Positions 1 through 12,601 of a DNA stretch of 64,000 nt are shown piece after piece (position 1 is the stretch's first letter; each line of letters opens with the position of its first letter). Origin of the DNA: Glaucostegus cemiculus (taxonomy: Eukaryota). Location: positions 8,494,001-8,558,000 of the forward strand of contig CDPCPM010000007.1 of NCBI GenBank assembly GCA_976551045.1, given 5' to 3'. The notes beneath the pieces were generated by a model. It searched no databases, was not told where the DNA came from, and saw only the letters and a list, made by a program, of their open reading frames with translations. The translations under genes and the position numbers were made by a program.

Positions 1-1192
1 TTCTGAGCATGAAGATAAGTCATTTACATTCCTGGCAATTTGTCTAGTTTGGCTCAGTACTGCTAAGTTATACTAGAAGCACCCAATGACGAGTTCTTGC
101 AGAACAACATTGACCTAGTGCCCATTCAATTTTCCAAAAGGAACCATGTGCACAGGATGACATTAACACCTGTACCACTGGAAATCTAACTAGGCAAGGA
201 CAGATGTCAGGAAGTTCTCAGTTGAATTTCTGGAATGTGAGTGCTAAATGATCTTTGTCTGGTTCAATGGAAGTGATGATCAATTTAACTCCATAATACT
301 GGAAGAAAAACAACTGAAGTTAGTTAAATGTTTTAAGGTTGTGAATTATTCTTAAACATGGATTTTTTAATTTATATTTTTTTTATATTTCAATTTGTTC
401 TTAGTGGTTTTTGAAAATTTCTGGAGGTCAGAAATATTCAAATCAGTTTTAGGTTTTTGACAGCTTGCTTAGCCAGTAGCATTGATTAGCTGAGTGTCAA
501 AGTTTTTGTTAGCCATTTTGTAGCTGGCTGCTGGCAGGAAGTTCTGGGCTATTGATTCCAACCAGTCTTAAACCTAAACTTACAATGAATACTATAAGCA
601 GTCAATTCCCCCTCACTTCACAAATGTCTATATTATTAAAAAATTAAACAAAAGTATTTCCTTTAATGAAATAATTTAAACATAGTCTTTAATTTGGAAC
701 TTCCACTGTGCCAATATTCAGAAGTGCAAAACTGTCATAAAAGAGGCTGCAACGGTACTAAATATATAGTTAAAATACATTAAAAGGGAAAGAAAAAAAC
801 CTTCAGAAAAAAGCCTAAACTGCCCACATGTCACTTTCCACAATGATTTTCTCATCAGGCCCTAAATATTTCCATTGTTAGTATTAAACATAGGGCACTG
901 TTCTCCCATGGTTAATGGATCAAGCTTTGCATTCTTTAACAAACCAACTGTGTTCAATAATGGATTCACATTCCCATCTGAATAATATATGTATTGATGT
1001 GCTTTTCAGCATTATAAACTTCTGCTTTACCACTTGCAATTTTTTTTTCTGATTACTTCAACCACAAAGCTTTTGTTAAGCCTTCAAGATTGCACACCAC
1101 ATATACAGCCTCAAAAACACTTACTCAAGCACAGGTTAATTCATGCAAACTCATTAATAAAATAATTACTTCTGTATTTATTTTTCTAATGT

Positions 1193-1575
1193 TCTCAGTT
1201 GGTAGCACTCTTGCTGGAATCAAATGTTTACAGTCTAGGCTGACACTCCTGTGAAAAATTGTAGGAATGCTGTATGCCTGGAGATGCTATCTTTCAGCTG
1301 AAATGTTAAACCAAGGACTAATCTGCTCTCCCAGATTGACGTAAAAGATTCCATGGCATTATTTCAAAGAAGAAGAAAGTCACCACTGATAATGTTATTT
1401 ATCCCTCATTATTACACTGCCATTAATGGGAGCTTGCTGTGTGCAAATTGGCTGCTGGTTTCCAATAAAACAAAAGTGGCAATGCTTCAAAATGTACCTC
1501 AGTGGCTATAAATGCTTTCAGATATCCTGAAAGAGACAAGAGAGGCACTGTAGGAATGCAAGTCATTCTTTCTTG
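1193..1575 (+). mobile_element. DeuSINE (SacSINE1/AmnSINE1-like), decayed
   Basis: Head CTCAGTTGGTAGCACTCTTGC; Deu-domain blocks GCTGACACTCC, GACGTAAAAGATTCCATGGCATTATTT and CTTGCTGTGTGCAAATTGGCTGC; tail AATGCAAGTCATTCTTTCTT. Confidence 0.8.
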
Positions 1576-3089
1576 CATTTACTTTGGACATAAAAGGAAA
1601 AAGTAATTGGTACCATTTTCTCAATTTCTATACTTTAATTCAAAAGCAGATTGACTCTTGGGAGATAGAGACATTTGCTGAATGCCCTTACAGAACCCAC
1701 AACTCAGAGCCTAAATCAGCTGGATGTGAAACATTCTAAACTGGACTTTGGGAACCAATCCAGTGCATTTATTTTACAATGATGCTTTGTTTTCAGGAAG
1801 TTTTATGTCTGGGAATTTTCTTACTCAGTAGGTTCTCTCTATTTACGGGATCTACTCTCCAAAAGCAAAGCCATCTCTTCAAAGAAACTGGTTGCTGACA
1901 TTATTTCCTATTCCCAAACCACCCACAAAAGAGAGGATTAATTGGATCATCATATGTTACCGTATTTAGTACTGAGAACTAATTTATGAGAAATAGTTTT
2001 GTTTTCCCCAGAAGTTTCTATTGCCTATATTTTTAAGATATTCCCTTCATTGCTTGAAAATCCTGGTGCTAAACGGTTTGAGTTTAAATTAGTTTGTTAC
2101 TTTGGTTCCAAGCATATAGGTTGTCTGTCTGCGTTTGTATTTGATGCACTGTTGTTTTGTTAGTTTGCATGCAATGTGCGTGGTCCTCTCAGTTCTAACA
2201 CTGTGCAAGCATGTGCAGCTAGTTCTAGTTATTGACAGGATTGAACTGACTAACAACTGCTTGTTCTATAGGGACCACCTACTCCACTGCTGGACTCACC
2301 ATTGAGCCCAGTGGTGAAGCACTGATACGCTGAGAAGAGGGACCAGATGCATTTCACACTTAACCCCTCAACTTTACCTTAGAGCTGGCTAGTGTGCAGA
2401 TGGTGACACCATTCAATGGAATGGGATCACTGACCATGTGAAAAAGGCTATGTGCAGAGAAGTGTTTGGGTATTTTTACATATACTTTAAAATGAATATG
2501 AAAATCAAAAAGGTATTTAATTATTCTTCCAAAATATTGTTTTACTTTTATTAAGTTTACATTAATAGATTTTCAATGTCTCTGATTATCAGCAGCAAGC
2601 CATCAAAGTTCTTCAGGATGGTAAGGGGCAATAAGCTGCCTGAGGCTGAGTCACCTTTGGTTAGTTTTTTCTCAACTCTCATTCAGCCGTCTGCATCTGC
2701 TGCAGGTAAATCTGGGTGGATACCACGGGACACTATGGGCAGCAAGTTCAGATTGTGAGACAAATCCAGCACAATCCAGACCATTACATTCTCCCAGGGA
2801 AGCAGATGCTACATTTTTCTTCAATACTGATTTCAATTCTGATCCTAATGTTCACTTTCGACTCTGAAGGGAAGTCCATTCTCTGGTATGCTTAGGTTAA
2901 GTGAGTCTAGGCAGTTGTTGTTTACTGCTATTTGATGTAATAACATTATTTCCCCCACAAATCAGCTTCTGCATGTTACACATCAATTCCTGAGCCATTT
3001 CGAGGATCCAGCTGACCACATCTACTTCTGATTCTCAATTGTCCCTGTAAGTGTTTCTAAGCTGATTGAACACACTTTCTTCTACACCA

Positions 3090-3405
3090 AAAAAGTTGAC
3101 AGGGTAGACAGTGATTTTCCTTGCTCAGCATGGAAAGTTGAGAACCTGTGGATCTAGTCTCAAGATCAGGGATGGACTTCTTCAGATGAAACAGGAGAGA
3201 AATTTCCTTTTACAAATTGATGTCAATATTTGGAATTCCCTAACTCAGAGGGCTGTGTCAGCTCAATCCTTGTGTATGCTCATTTCTTGGGCACAATGTG
3301 AATCATGAAAGATAGGGATTGGGCTGAAAAGTGGACGTGATATGGAATTGCCTGCAAACTGACTGAAAGATAGAGCAGTTTTGAGGGACTGATAGTTTAC
3401 ACGTG
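3090..3405 (+). mobile_element. CR1 LINE 3' fragment, decayed
   Basis: Remnants of the CR1 ORF2 C-terminus (RRNF..WNSLTQRAV), similar to the younger copy at about 14440-14650. Confidence 0.7.
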
Positions 3406-3412
3406 CCTGCGA

Positions 3413-3433
3413 TGCTGCTGCTGCTGCTGCTGC
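3413..3433 (+). repeat. (TGC)7 microsatellite
   Basis: Seven perfect TGC units read directly. Confidence 0.9.
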
Positions 3434-3805
3434 TAGCAAGTTTTTCATTGTATCTGTATCTCACCATACTTGTGCACATGACAATAAACTCAAATTGGCT
3501 TTTAGTTCTTATCATATAAATAATAATATTTCAATGTTATAAATCCTATTTTCTGAGGATTTTTTAAACAATTAATTGAAGTTTTTATTTTATTTTGCAA
3601 TTCCTCTTCCTTTTGCAGGTTTCTCTGCTTTATGCACTATTCTCTACCTTACAAGCTCTAACACAGTTGTTTCTTATAGGTTATTCAATGGAATCAACAC
3701 AAGGTTGGCCTAGGTAAACCCTCTTCTCACTTGCATTACTGTTTGTTATGTTTTAGTCTCCTCTCCACCTCAGTGACAACATATATAGAATAATGAACCG
3801 GTAGT

Positions 3806-4218
3806 AAAGAAACATTAGCATTAATACAGCACTGTTTACAATCTCAGGACATTCCAAAGTATATTTGTCAATGAATACTTCTAAATAGCAGCATCTATTT
3901 AAAGCTTGTAATGTAGCAGACATTTTGCACACCAGCTCCTGGCAATGTGTTAATAATTAGATGAAATGTTTCATTCAGTAATGTTGTTTGAGGATTGGAT
4001 ATGAATAGACCACCACTTGCCCCTTTTCAGAATAAGGGATATGGGATCTCTTGTGACCACCTGAAAGGGGGTCCCAGCCAAATGCCTTTTCAAAATGAAG
4101 GCATACAGAACAATACAATATTCCCTTAGTGCTGCACTGGAGTGTCAGGCTGAATAGTTTGTACTCACAACCTGAACCTTTCACCCAGAGTGAGAGTACT
4201 ACCCACTGAGTCATGGCT
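3806..4218 (-). mobile_element. DeuSINE, decayed
   Basis: The reverse complement gives AGCCATGACTCAGTGGGTAGTACTCTCAC (head), CTGACACTCCAGTGCAGCACTAAGGGA and CAGGTGGTCACAAGAGATCCCAT, collinear with the copy at 1193-1575. Confidence 0.8.
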
Positions 4219-4569
4219 TACAGAGGAATCACCGTTACATACTTTTTCAAAAATTGGACACATGATATCCTGGCTCTTCCTTCAAGTTTCTCCATCTTTT
4301 TGGAGTGGCCCAGGGAGGATCTTCTGCCAGGGCAATTGTACAGGTTGTATTTGTTTGCATCTACCCTCATCTCCTGGGAGTCAATGGCAACTCCCATTGC
4401 CTGTCCACTGCAAAGCAGAAAGATTGTGGAAGATGAGTTGTATTTGCAATTCTCTCTCTCTCTGCACTTGTGGTCTTGCTTCAGAAAATAAGAAAAGGAT
4501 GAAAAAGCTAGATTAGTAATAAACCAGGTTATACCACTGCAATACATATGGATGACAGCCTTTCATTTA

Positions 4570-4780
4570 ACAAAGAGCTTCACACAGGGTAGCGATCACA
4601 TCTTGTGCAGAAGGATTTAAGTAAATCCCAATTTGCTATTCACTTGGAATTCTATCAGTCTCTCTGCTATGAGGAGGAAGAGGAGAATCTGGGGGACTGT
4701 TTGATTAGGGATATAATTGAGTATAAAGGCCATGGATGGTAGGGCCAAGTAGCCTGTTTGTTTTGTAATCTTGATGTAAT
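4570..4780 (+). mobile_element. Old CR1 3' tail fragment
   Basis: Ends ATGGATGGTAGGGCCAAGTAGCCTGTTTGTTTTGTAATCTTGATGT, resembling the other CR1 tails in the window. Confidence 0.45.
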
Positions 4781-7634
4781 TTTATATACCACATACTTAT
4801 CTTCAATTGGTATTTCCTGCTATGCATATGTAAAGGGTTAAAAGGAAATACAACAACAAAAGAACTCTATGCACACACAGAGGGCATCCTTTACTATCTT
4901 CACAGAATAATGGACACGTTCTGGAATTCAATCCCGTAAACACAAAGTAAAATTGTAAAACAATATTTAATGAAAATGCTGTTAGATTTAATCAATCAAA
5001 GCAAGTAAATGTTCTTGTTATTATTTGCCAATGTGACATACAGCTTCAGGTTCAGGTTCAGAACAGAAAATCCTTCGATTCACCAAAAGCAATCAGGAGG
5101 AGGTGAGTGGTGACTATAAATTTAACATGAAGCCTAGAGCAGCAGGAGTGCTCCTCCCTTCTCCACAATAAGGCAAGCAAAAAAATAGTATTATTTTTCC
5201 AGATGACAACATGCAGGCATTTGAGGATTTCTCACTTAACTGCCTGGATCTTTAAAGTAGTAGTGCACAGTGCAAGCTGCAAACAAATTTTGAGAGGGGG
5301 CTTCAGATTGGTATTATGCCTCGCTTTTCATTTGTATGGTGTCTGTATCCCTTTCATATTGCAAGTCCTGGAAGATTTAACAGGAGTTTCACCAATAGGG
5401 TTTGCAAACTAATTCCAGCATGGGATAAGGCACCCGTTGGCCAACCTATTGGATGCATAAAATAACAGTGTTATGCTTGGAAATGAGCATCAAATTTAAT
5501 GCCCCATGTTCTATACTCTTCAATATTGCTTCAGATCACATCAGGAGGAATGAGCATTGAACCAGTCGTTAACAGAAAGTGTTCAGACAGGGAAAATTAA
5601 GGTGGATTGCCTTGTTTAGGTGATTGGAAGCAGGGATCAAACTTCCCAGTTCCTTCTGTGAATTATCTTCTAATATCTCATGCGCCAATTGCATCAATTG
5701 CAGGAATGAGTTCTGGAATTTGGTAAAACCTCACTGGCTGATGCACCTACAGAACCTCTTTCCCTCCTTCTGCAGGGAACTTCCATAACTTTGTTTCTTC
5801 AAAAGAAATGCAGAAATTTTGTGTTGTTTTTGAACATGTACTGGCAATATTCAGATGGTCCTCAGGCATTAAAAAATTGAAAATAACAAAAGTGCAAGCA
5901 CGTGCCATAAACCAGCTACCATTTATGCTGCAGGAATGGGAGTAATGCTACACTATTGTTGCTACAGTATCTGGCACCAAGGCTAAGATTCTTCCCAAAA
6001 GGAGCACACTATTGCTTTCAGCCTTAAAATTACCTGCTGCTTTTTGGATGATATCCATGTCCTTTCTGCACATGCCTACAGAGAGAGCCTTCATAATCAG
6101 TGAACATAAACAAAGGGAACTGCTTTCGAACAAGATAATTTGTCTTTCATCAACATGAGCAAAGGAGGTTCATATTTTAAGCAGTTGCTAAACAGGCAGG
6201 TCGATACACCATCAAAGTGCTGCTTCTGACTGAATGCCTTGGCCTTTGTATTACAGCAGAAACAAATCCAACTCATAATGGCTGAGAATACATAAGAAAC
6301 ATACTGCTTTTGTTATCTGTCTGGATTTTTTTTCCTTACGAGTACAGATTAAATAGATGAGCAGAGCCTGCTCCTTATCACAGCATCAAAATGAGTTGAT
6401 TACACAAGACAAGAGGAACTGATTAGAAAATGTCACAGAAGGCAGTATCTATTCATTTAGGCAAGGGGGTTTAATAGAACATTTAAAATATGTGCACCAC
6501 AGAGTAAAAACACACAGAAAGAACAGATAATGTGTTTTGATTAGTGTTACTATTTACCAGTCAGACTCTATTAAACTATAGGATTAGCTCTAATGGTGTC
6601 TCAACTAGTTGAGGCTGTGAATATTTGCTTACTATGGTTGCAAAGGTGTCTCAAGATTGAGTCCTATTACACAGTATGCTGAGTTAGTTGGCTTCAGTTA
6701 AGATATAAACAGACTCAGAATAAAAATACGTTTTGTCTTTTAACTGCTGACCACTGCCCTCAATGCATTTGGCAATCAGGAATGGGTCCTGTAGGTTATT
6801 CCCCATAGTTTAACAACCTATTGATGGTCTAACCTCACCTATGTCAATGTGGACCTAATATTGAGAGTGACTAACTCTTCGAGAGCCACAAGTCATCAAG
6901 TAGTCAACACCTTAAGAGAGAGAGAAGAAAGGAAATAAACTGGTAGAATCAAGAACAGAGAGGAGGCGAACAAGTACATTGAGACAAGTGCAAACCATCT
7001 CTAAATCTTAGAGGGGAAAGGATCGATGAAAGTCTTCACTGACCTGCTTTAAAACAAAATTGCATGTTTCTATAACACATCCATGAAAACTATAATTTGA
7101 TAGCAAGGCCAATCTGATTAATGACATTTGTCTGTTTAATAAAAAAACATCCTGAGCTTTTCCACCCTGAACAGGATTCCAAATTTAACTGAAGCACAAG
7201 ATCATCAAGTTAGAGAGGAACCAAGCAGGCAGACAGTCAGATTGCACCCAACAAAACAACTAAATCAGAAACACAGCTTGGCCAATATTCTAACTGGAGA
7301 CTTGATCTGCCGACTATAATATCTATATGTTCTAATCTCAGTTTTGATTGGTAAACAGTTAATTTGCTTCAATCACCAAATGCTGTGCTGCAGCACTAGG
7401 TGGAGCACTACTTTCAAGTTGATACCAATCTTTCAGAGAAGGGAAACACTACGATAATTTGTCTTGGCCTGTAAGAAAAATCTCTTTTAACCTATCATGG
7501 AGTTGCATCGACAGTAGCTGTGGAGAGATGAAGAGATGCAAAGCCCTTATTACTTCAGTCCTGACAGTTCAAAAGAGGATTTGTGGTGGAAGCCCAGAAG
7601 GTGGAGGAAGTAGGCTCAGGGAGCTAAAGAAGCA

Positions 7635-9700
7635 AAGATACAACAATAACTTTCATTTTTATAACCCCCTATTGGATACATTTAAATGAAAAGGTAATGG
7701 TTATGATTCAAAGTGTGATTGTAAAGTTGGATGTTGAGAATCTTTTAAAAGGCAGTGTTAAAAGAACAAGCGAGGTAATGAGACCAAGGAAGAAATCCTA
7801 AGAAGTAACAATGGTGTTGGCTGAAGGCTTTGCCACCAGTGATGGACCACAGAAGGGGACAAGACACTTAAACTGGAGAAATAAATTTGCCATGGAAGAT
7901 TGGATGAAGACATAGAAATATAAAGGCAAAAATCCATGGAATGTAGTCACTGAAAGTTAGGGATGAGCAATGAGATGCCAGCAGAGGTGTGTGTGACACA
8001 GAACTTTGGCAACCATGATTTGGTCAGTTTGGAGAAGAATGGGACACTGGGAAGGATTATCTTGGAAAGAAGGAGTAATAATGCAGAAGTGAAAGTAAAT
8101 AATTTTCGTAATGGACAGTGTGTGGGTTTGGAGTCTTGGTTGTTCAGGATGCCAAGGTTACATATGCATGTTTCAACCAGAATGTGCAGCTAAAGAGGGA
8201 GGTGTGGTGAATAAGGAAGCAGAAACAATGGAATTTTCAGGAACCATTGCTTTAGTATTCCGAATGATCCATATTGACTTAGCAATGATGGTGGGGTAAT
8301 TCATGAGAAATTCACTTCATTAATCTGGAAGATGATAATAAGAGCTGGAGGTTAAAGATAAACATTTAGATGTTTTTGGAGATGACTGAGATGGGATAGG
8401 AGGAAAAGCAAATGCTGGTAATATGTTTGTGCTGGGAACTGACTATATACAAGCTACCCCATGGGACAGGATGTTAGAGATGATGGAAGAGGGTTGCAGA
8501 GATACAAGAGACTGCAGATGCTGGAATCTGGAGCAAAAAATAAACTGCTGGAAGGACTCAGTGGGCCAAGCAGCATCTGTGAAAACAATAGGGATGGTCA
8601 GCATTTCAGGTCAAGGCCCTGCATTAAGAGTGACATGTAAGATAGGCAGAATATAGTAGTGAGAGGGAGGGGGTGAGACAGAGACTGGCAGATGATGGGT
8701 GAAGCAGGGGAGAAAAGACACAGGGTTGTATGTTGCCTATGAAAAGGGAAGGCCAAAGAGGGAAGGGTGAGGTGTTGTGAGGGCAAAAGAAAGCAATATT
8801 CATGACATGCCCTTGATGCAGCGAATGGATGGAAGAGTTTCAAACAGTGAAAGATTTGGTTTGGAACAGAGTTCGAATTTGCTTCAGATTTGAGAGGAAA
8901 TGGAAGTGACAGGTGGCTGGTAGATGGAGAGGACAGGCAGATTAAGTAAGCACTTATTGGGAAATGTTGTGAAAGCACTTGTTGGAGAGAAACATTTGAT
9001 CCTGAATATAGGGAGCCAGGAACATCAGCTGAGCAGCAGATTGTTAGGAGAGGAGGTCCAGAGAGGTGGGATACAAGATGAAAGGAAAGATCAGTTTGTG
9101 GCGGCTAGAGAGGAATTGGAAAAGAATCTGCAGAGTGATTTGGACCAAGGCTAGTTCTCTGACTTATAGGAACCAAGTTGAGGAGTGCAGTAAGAGAACA
9201 GGCTAGATGGCAGACTAAAATGACGTGGTAGGAGCAGAGCCTCCAAAGGCAAAAGGTATTTGAGAAGGTCAAAGGTGGAAGTGTGATCCAAAGGAGGGAA
9301 ACGTTGGGAATTGATGAAGCAGATGGAACAGTGTTTTTCTCACAATCAGGTGGAGGCAAAAGGGTTTGGAGAAGGCAGGCAGATAACTGCCATAGAGGCA
9401 CAAGCCAGGTGTCAGAGACAATCCTACGAGGATCAGGTCTGAGATAGCAGGAGAAAAAGGAACTGTCTGCAGATGGTGGAGCTCTGTGAGGGGTGAGATT
9501 GATGTGGTCAGTTGGGTAAAGGAGTTGGAGCTGAATTAAAAGAATGTGCCTGCAGGTTTGAAACCACTGTTTACAGGGAGTCCCACTGCACAGACAGAAA
9601 GAGGAGAGAGGAAGAGACCTCACTGAGGAAGTCAGCTTGCTGCATTAGGATGTTACACATGAGAAAATTGTTAAGAGAAAGAAGTAGTGAAAGAAGAGGG
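7635..9700 (-). mobile_element. Highly decayed L2-type LINE, interrupted by a Penelope-like end
   Basis: About 2 kb of strongly purine-skewed plus strand. The minus-strand 3' end reads AGGGGTTATAAAAATGAAAGTTATTGTTGT (L2-type tail). RT motifs are only vestigial and boundaries are approximate. Confidence 0.55.
8495..8700 (-). mobile_element. Penelope-like element terminal (pLTR-derived) repeat
   Basis: Plus strand reads CAGATGCTGGAATCTGGAGCAA...CTCAGTGGGCCAAGCAGCATCTGTG, the same family as 12359, 29630, 30532 and 43549. The 29630 copy is linked to a GIY-YIG remnant. Confidence 0.7.
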
Positions 9701-10160
9701 GTTATTCAAAGTGCAGAAGTACCATTAAATGGACTATTCTAAAGTAAAGCACTTAATCATGGATTTTGTATGTTGTCAAAGGCAGCTGTAATGCTACTAC
9801 AACACTGCACAGTGGTGACAAAACATCCTTTAAAAGATCTCATTCCAACATATGTAGCTGTAGTAGATAAAGGCCTCAGGGCTAACCTACTACTTAAATT
9901 GTTTAAAAATATTATACCCACCCTTACTGCAGTAGATATTTTGTAATGGCAATATACCTCCAATACCCACCTTGTTAAATCCAGTGTGTTCTCACAACTA
10001 TCTCAGCGGGTACTGCATCTGTTGTAAAATATGGAATGGTTTTCTGTAAAATATGGTAGGCATGTACTGAGCTACTTGGTTGTAGTATAGGTAAATCACA
10101 CCTCTTGGGAATCAATGTAATACACGATCACTTCAATAAAAGAGGAGACTGCGTGATTGA

Positions 10161-10495
10161 GGGCAGCACAGTGGCATAGCTGGTAGTGCTGCTGCCTCAC
10201 AGTTCCACTGACACAGGTTCAATCCTGACCTCTGGTGCTGCCTGTGAGGACTTTGCACATTCTCACTGCGACCCTATGAGCTTCCTCCAGGTCTCTATTT
10301 TTTTTCCTCCCCCACATCCCAAAGGCATGCAGGTTGGTAGGTTAATTGGCCGCTGTAAATTTCCCCTAGAGCGCTAGAATCTGGAAAACGTGGGGAGAGT
10401 GAAAATGGGATTAGTGTAGGATTAATGCAAATGAACATTTGATGGTGGGTGTAAACCCGGTGGGCCGAAGGACCTGTTTCCATGCAGTATGACTC
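10161..10495 (+). mobile_element. HE1-like V-SINE (tRNA-derived), full length
   Basis: A-box TGGCATAGCTGG (10172), B-box GGTTCAATCC (10216), V-domain TTTGCACATTCTC...CCCACATCCCAAAGGCATGCAGGTTGGTAGGTTAATTGG, and CR1-type tail GGGCCGAAGGACCTGTTTCCATGC. Confidence 0.88.
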
Positions 10496-11048
10496 CAAAC
10501 ACTGACCCTGCTCACAAGCCCTGAGTGTGGGCACAATATTACATTTTAAAGACTCCATGTTGTGAGCATGAGGGAGTTTAATATTAATAGAATGGAACAC
10601 TTTTCCACTTCAGGCACCAGTGTCAAGATCAAGCACTCCCAGGTCAGGTGTGGGTTAAAGGGCTCTACTTACTGCAACAGTAAGCCTTCAATCCATTCAG
10701 AAAAGAGCACTCCCAACTCCAGAAACATGAATGCATTTGTCTCACACATTAACTATTCTTAAGGCCTTCATGGCAAAAGCTTAGGTCTTATACCAAATTA
10801 CAAGCATTATTCTGTTACTAACCCATGGATATTAGCAATTGCATTGATTCTCACCAATTTAATAATAGGCTTGGATGATGAGACCACCATTTCAATTCAA
10901 ACATAACTCCCTATGGTAATTAGTTTGTACAAAGGCTGCTTACGTTAGAAAAAACTGTATGTAAAAAAACCATAGAAAACAGTGATCGGATGAACCTTTT
11001 AATAAGTATCCAATTCCAAAACCATTAAAAAAGGAATATAATAAACTT

Positions 11049-11649
11049 GTTTGGTTTGGAAGCTGCTCAGCTGCTGGGTGGAAGTCCCTCCAGAGGATAG
11101 TTAGGGCTGCAGAGAGGATCATAGGTGTCTCGCTTCCATCCCTCGCAGACATATACAAAGACCGTTGTGTGAGGAAGACCAAAAGCATAATGGTCGACCC
11201 TTCTCACCCCTCCCATCACCTCTTTACAATTTTGTCATCGGGGAGGAGGCTTAAATGTATCAGGGCAAGAACGACCAGGCTGAACAATAGCTTCTTTCCG
11301 CAAGCCGTCAGAACTGCAAACTCTCATCCCTCCATCTTCCTTGTTAACACTAAGAGATGCTAGGTGCACAGAAATGCACCAGCACTTTAAATGCCTGCCA
11401 CCAGCCCATTCACTTTAATAACTATTTATTTATTTACTGGCCATTTTTAATTTAATCTGCGTATTAACTTAATTTTAACTTCCGTAGTTTTTAATGTTTA
11501 ATGTTTTTTAATGTTTATTCTGTTAAGTGTGTCTGTGTGTCTCTGTTGGTTGTTATTTAATGGGACGAGTACCTGAGGAGGACAGTATCTCGCTCCTATG
11601 CATACTATGTATGTATATGGTTGTGACAATAAAACTGATTCTGATTCTG
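11049..11649 (+). mobile_element. Rex1/Babar LINE, 5'-truncated young copy
   Basis: Open frame VWFGSCSAAGWKSLQRIVRAAERIIG...DPSHPSHHLFTILSSGRR...RTTRLNNSFFPQAVR, followed by a 3'UTR ending AATAAAA(CTGATT)2CTG. Candidate TSD AAACTT at 11043-11048 and 11650-11655. Confidence 0.85.
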
Positions 11650-12214
11650 AAACTTTCCATTTTCAAAGTAACAATTGCACATGCCAATATTACATTACGT
11701 TTGCATGGAAATCTCCTAGTTTAAAGTCATTCTCTATGGAATCAAAAATAACCAATAGGGTTGGAAATTTTCTTAATTCATTGGACAGCATGATTGGGAA
11801 TTTCCTCTACAACAGCCTCTGGAGTGTTTGAATACAACTTGGGTTTGAACCCATTGTGGGCTATGGAAAATTTCAATGGTTAAAACAAAAACATGCAAGG
11901 GGTAATTTTATGACTTTGCATTACATTCGGAAGCCATACAGCCAAATTAAGCCCATATAGGAAATGTACGCATATGTTAGACACTTTTTTTAAACCATGA
12001 AATTGGTTGTAAACCAGGTGCGGCGAGTAGTAGAATTCCGATTTATGCTCCCTTCCCCCAGCAGAAAAAAAAAGGCTCCCTACAGGGACTGTGCATTTGG
12101 AAAATTATCATTACAACCTAAGTCTTAGAAAAATTATGCTGTACAGTGGTTATATTTTTTTCTTTATGAAGAGTGACATTCTTGACTCTTGATGGAGATT
12201 GTTTTGAATAGCTA

Positions 12215-12560
12215 CTAAAGATACTTTGGGATCATTTTAAAAGAAAGAATGCATTTATCCTAATTTTAGGCCAGTGCTCTTTCCTCAACCGATGTCAGCA
12301 AGAGATTTGTCAATTGCCTCACTGCTGTTCTGGAATGTTGCTGGCATAGAACAGTTACTGGGTTAATGGTTCTGATGAAAGATCTTCAACCAGAAATCTG
12401 AACTCTGTTTCTTTTTCCATATATGCTGCCTGACCTGCTGAGTATTTCCAAGATTTTGTTTTTATTTCCAGAATAGTTACCACATTTGTCTTCATAATAT
12501 TTATTCTGTTCATAAACAAAAGGTTGTGTGAAAGGAATTGATGTCTTATAAATACAATTA
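12215..12560 (+). mobile_element. Decayed DeuSINE 3' part interrupted by a Penelope-like end
   Basis: Weak Deu-domain match (TTCCTCAACCGATGTCAGC, CTCACTGCTGTTCTGGAATGTTGCTG) and tail remnant TTATAAATACAAT. Confidence 0.45.
12359..12474 (+). mobile_element. Penelope-like terminal fragment with hammerhead-like core
   Basis: TTCTGATGAAAGATCTTCAACCAGAAATCTGAACTCTG...ATGCTGCCTGACCTGCTGAGTATTTCCA. Candidate TSD AGTTAC at 12353-12358 and 12475-12480. Confidence 0.72.
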
Positions 12561-12601
12561 ATACTAAGGCAAGCTATAAAATTGCACAGATCATTGAAAA
12601 T

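Noticed and set aside
6630-6930. Additional ancient SINE-like and MITE-like relics (also near 11900-12110, 22600-22780, 42520-42715, 47200-47510)
   Set aside because: They look repeat-derived but are too decayed for me to support a family or boundaries without a library search.
10161-10235. tRNA genes at SINE heads (also 29037, 34235, 34653, 43400)
   Set aside because: The A/B boxes run directly into SINE or LINE bodies and no intact cloverleaf is evident.
12372-12403. Active hammerhead ribozyme
   Set aside because: CTGATGA and GAAA are present, but stem II does not pair properly and the cleavage-site region (TCTG) is not a valid NUH arrangement. Kept only as a relic.
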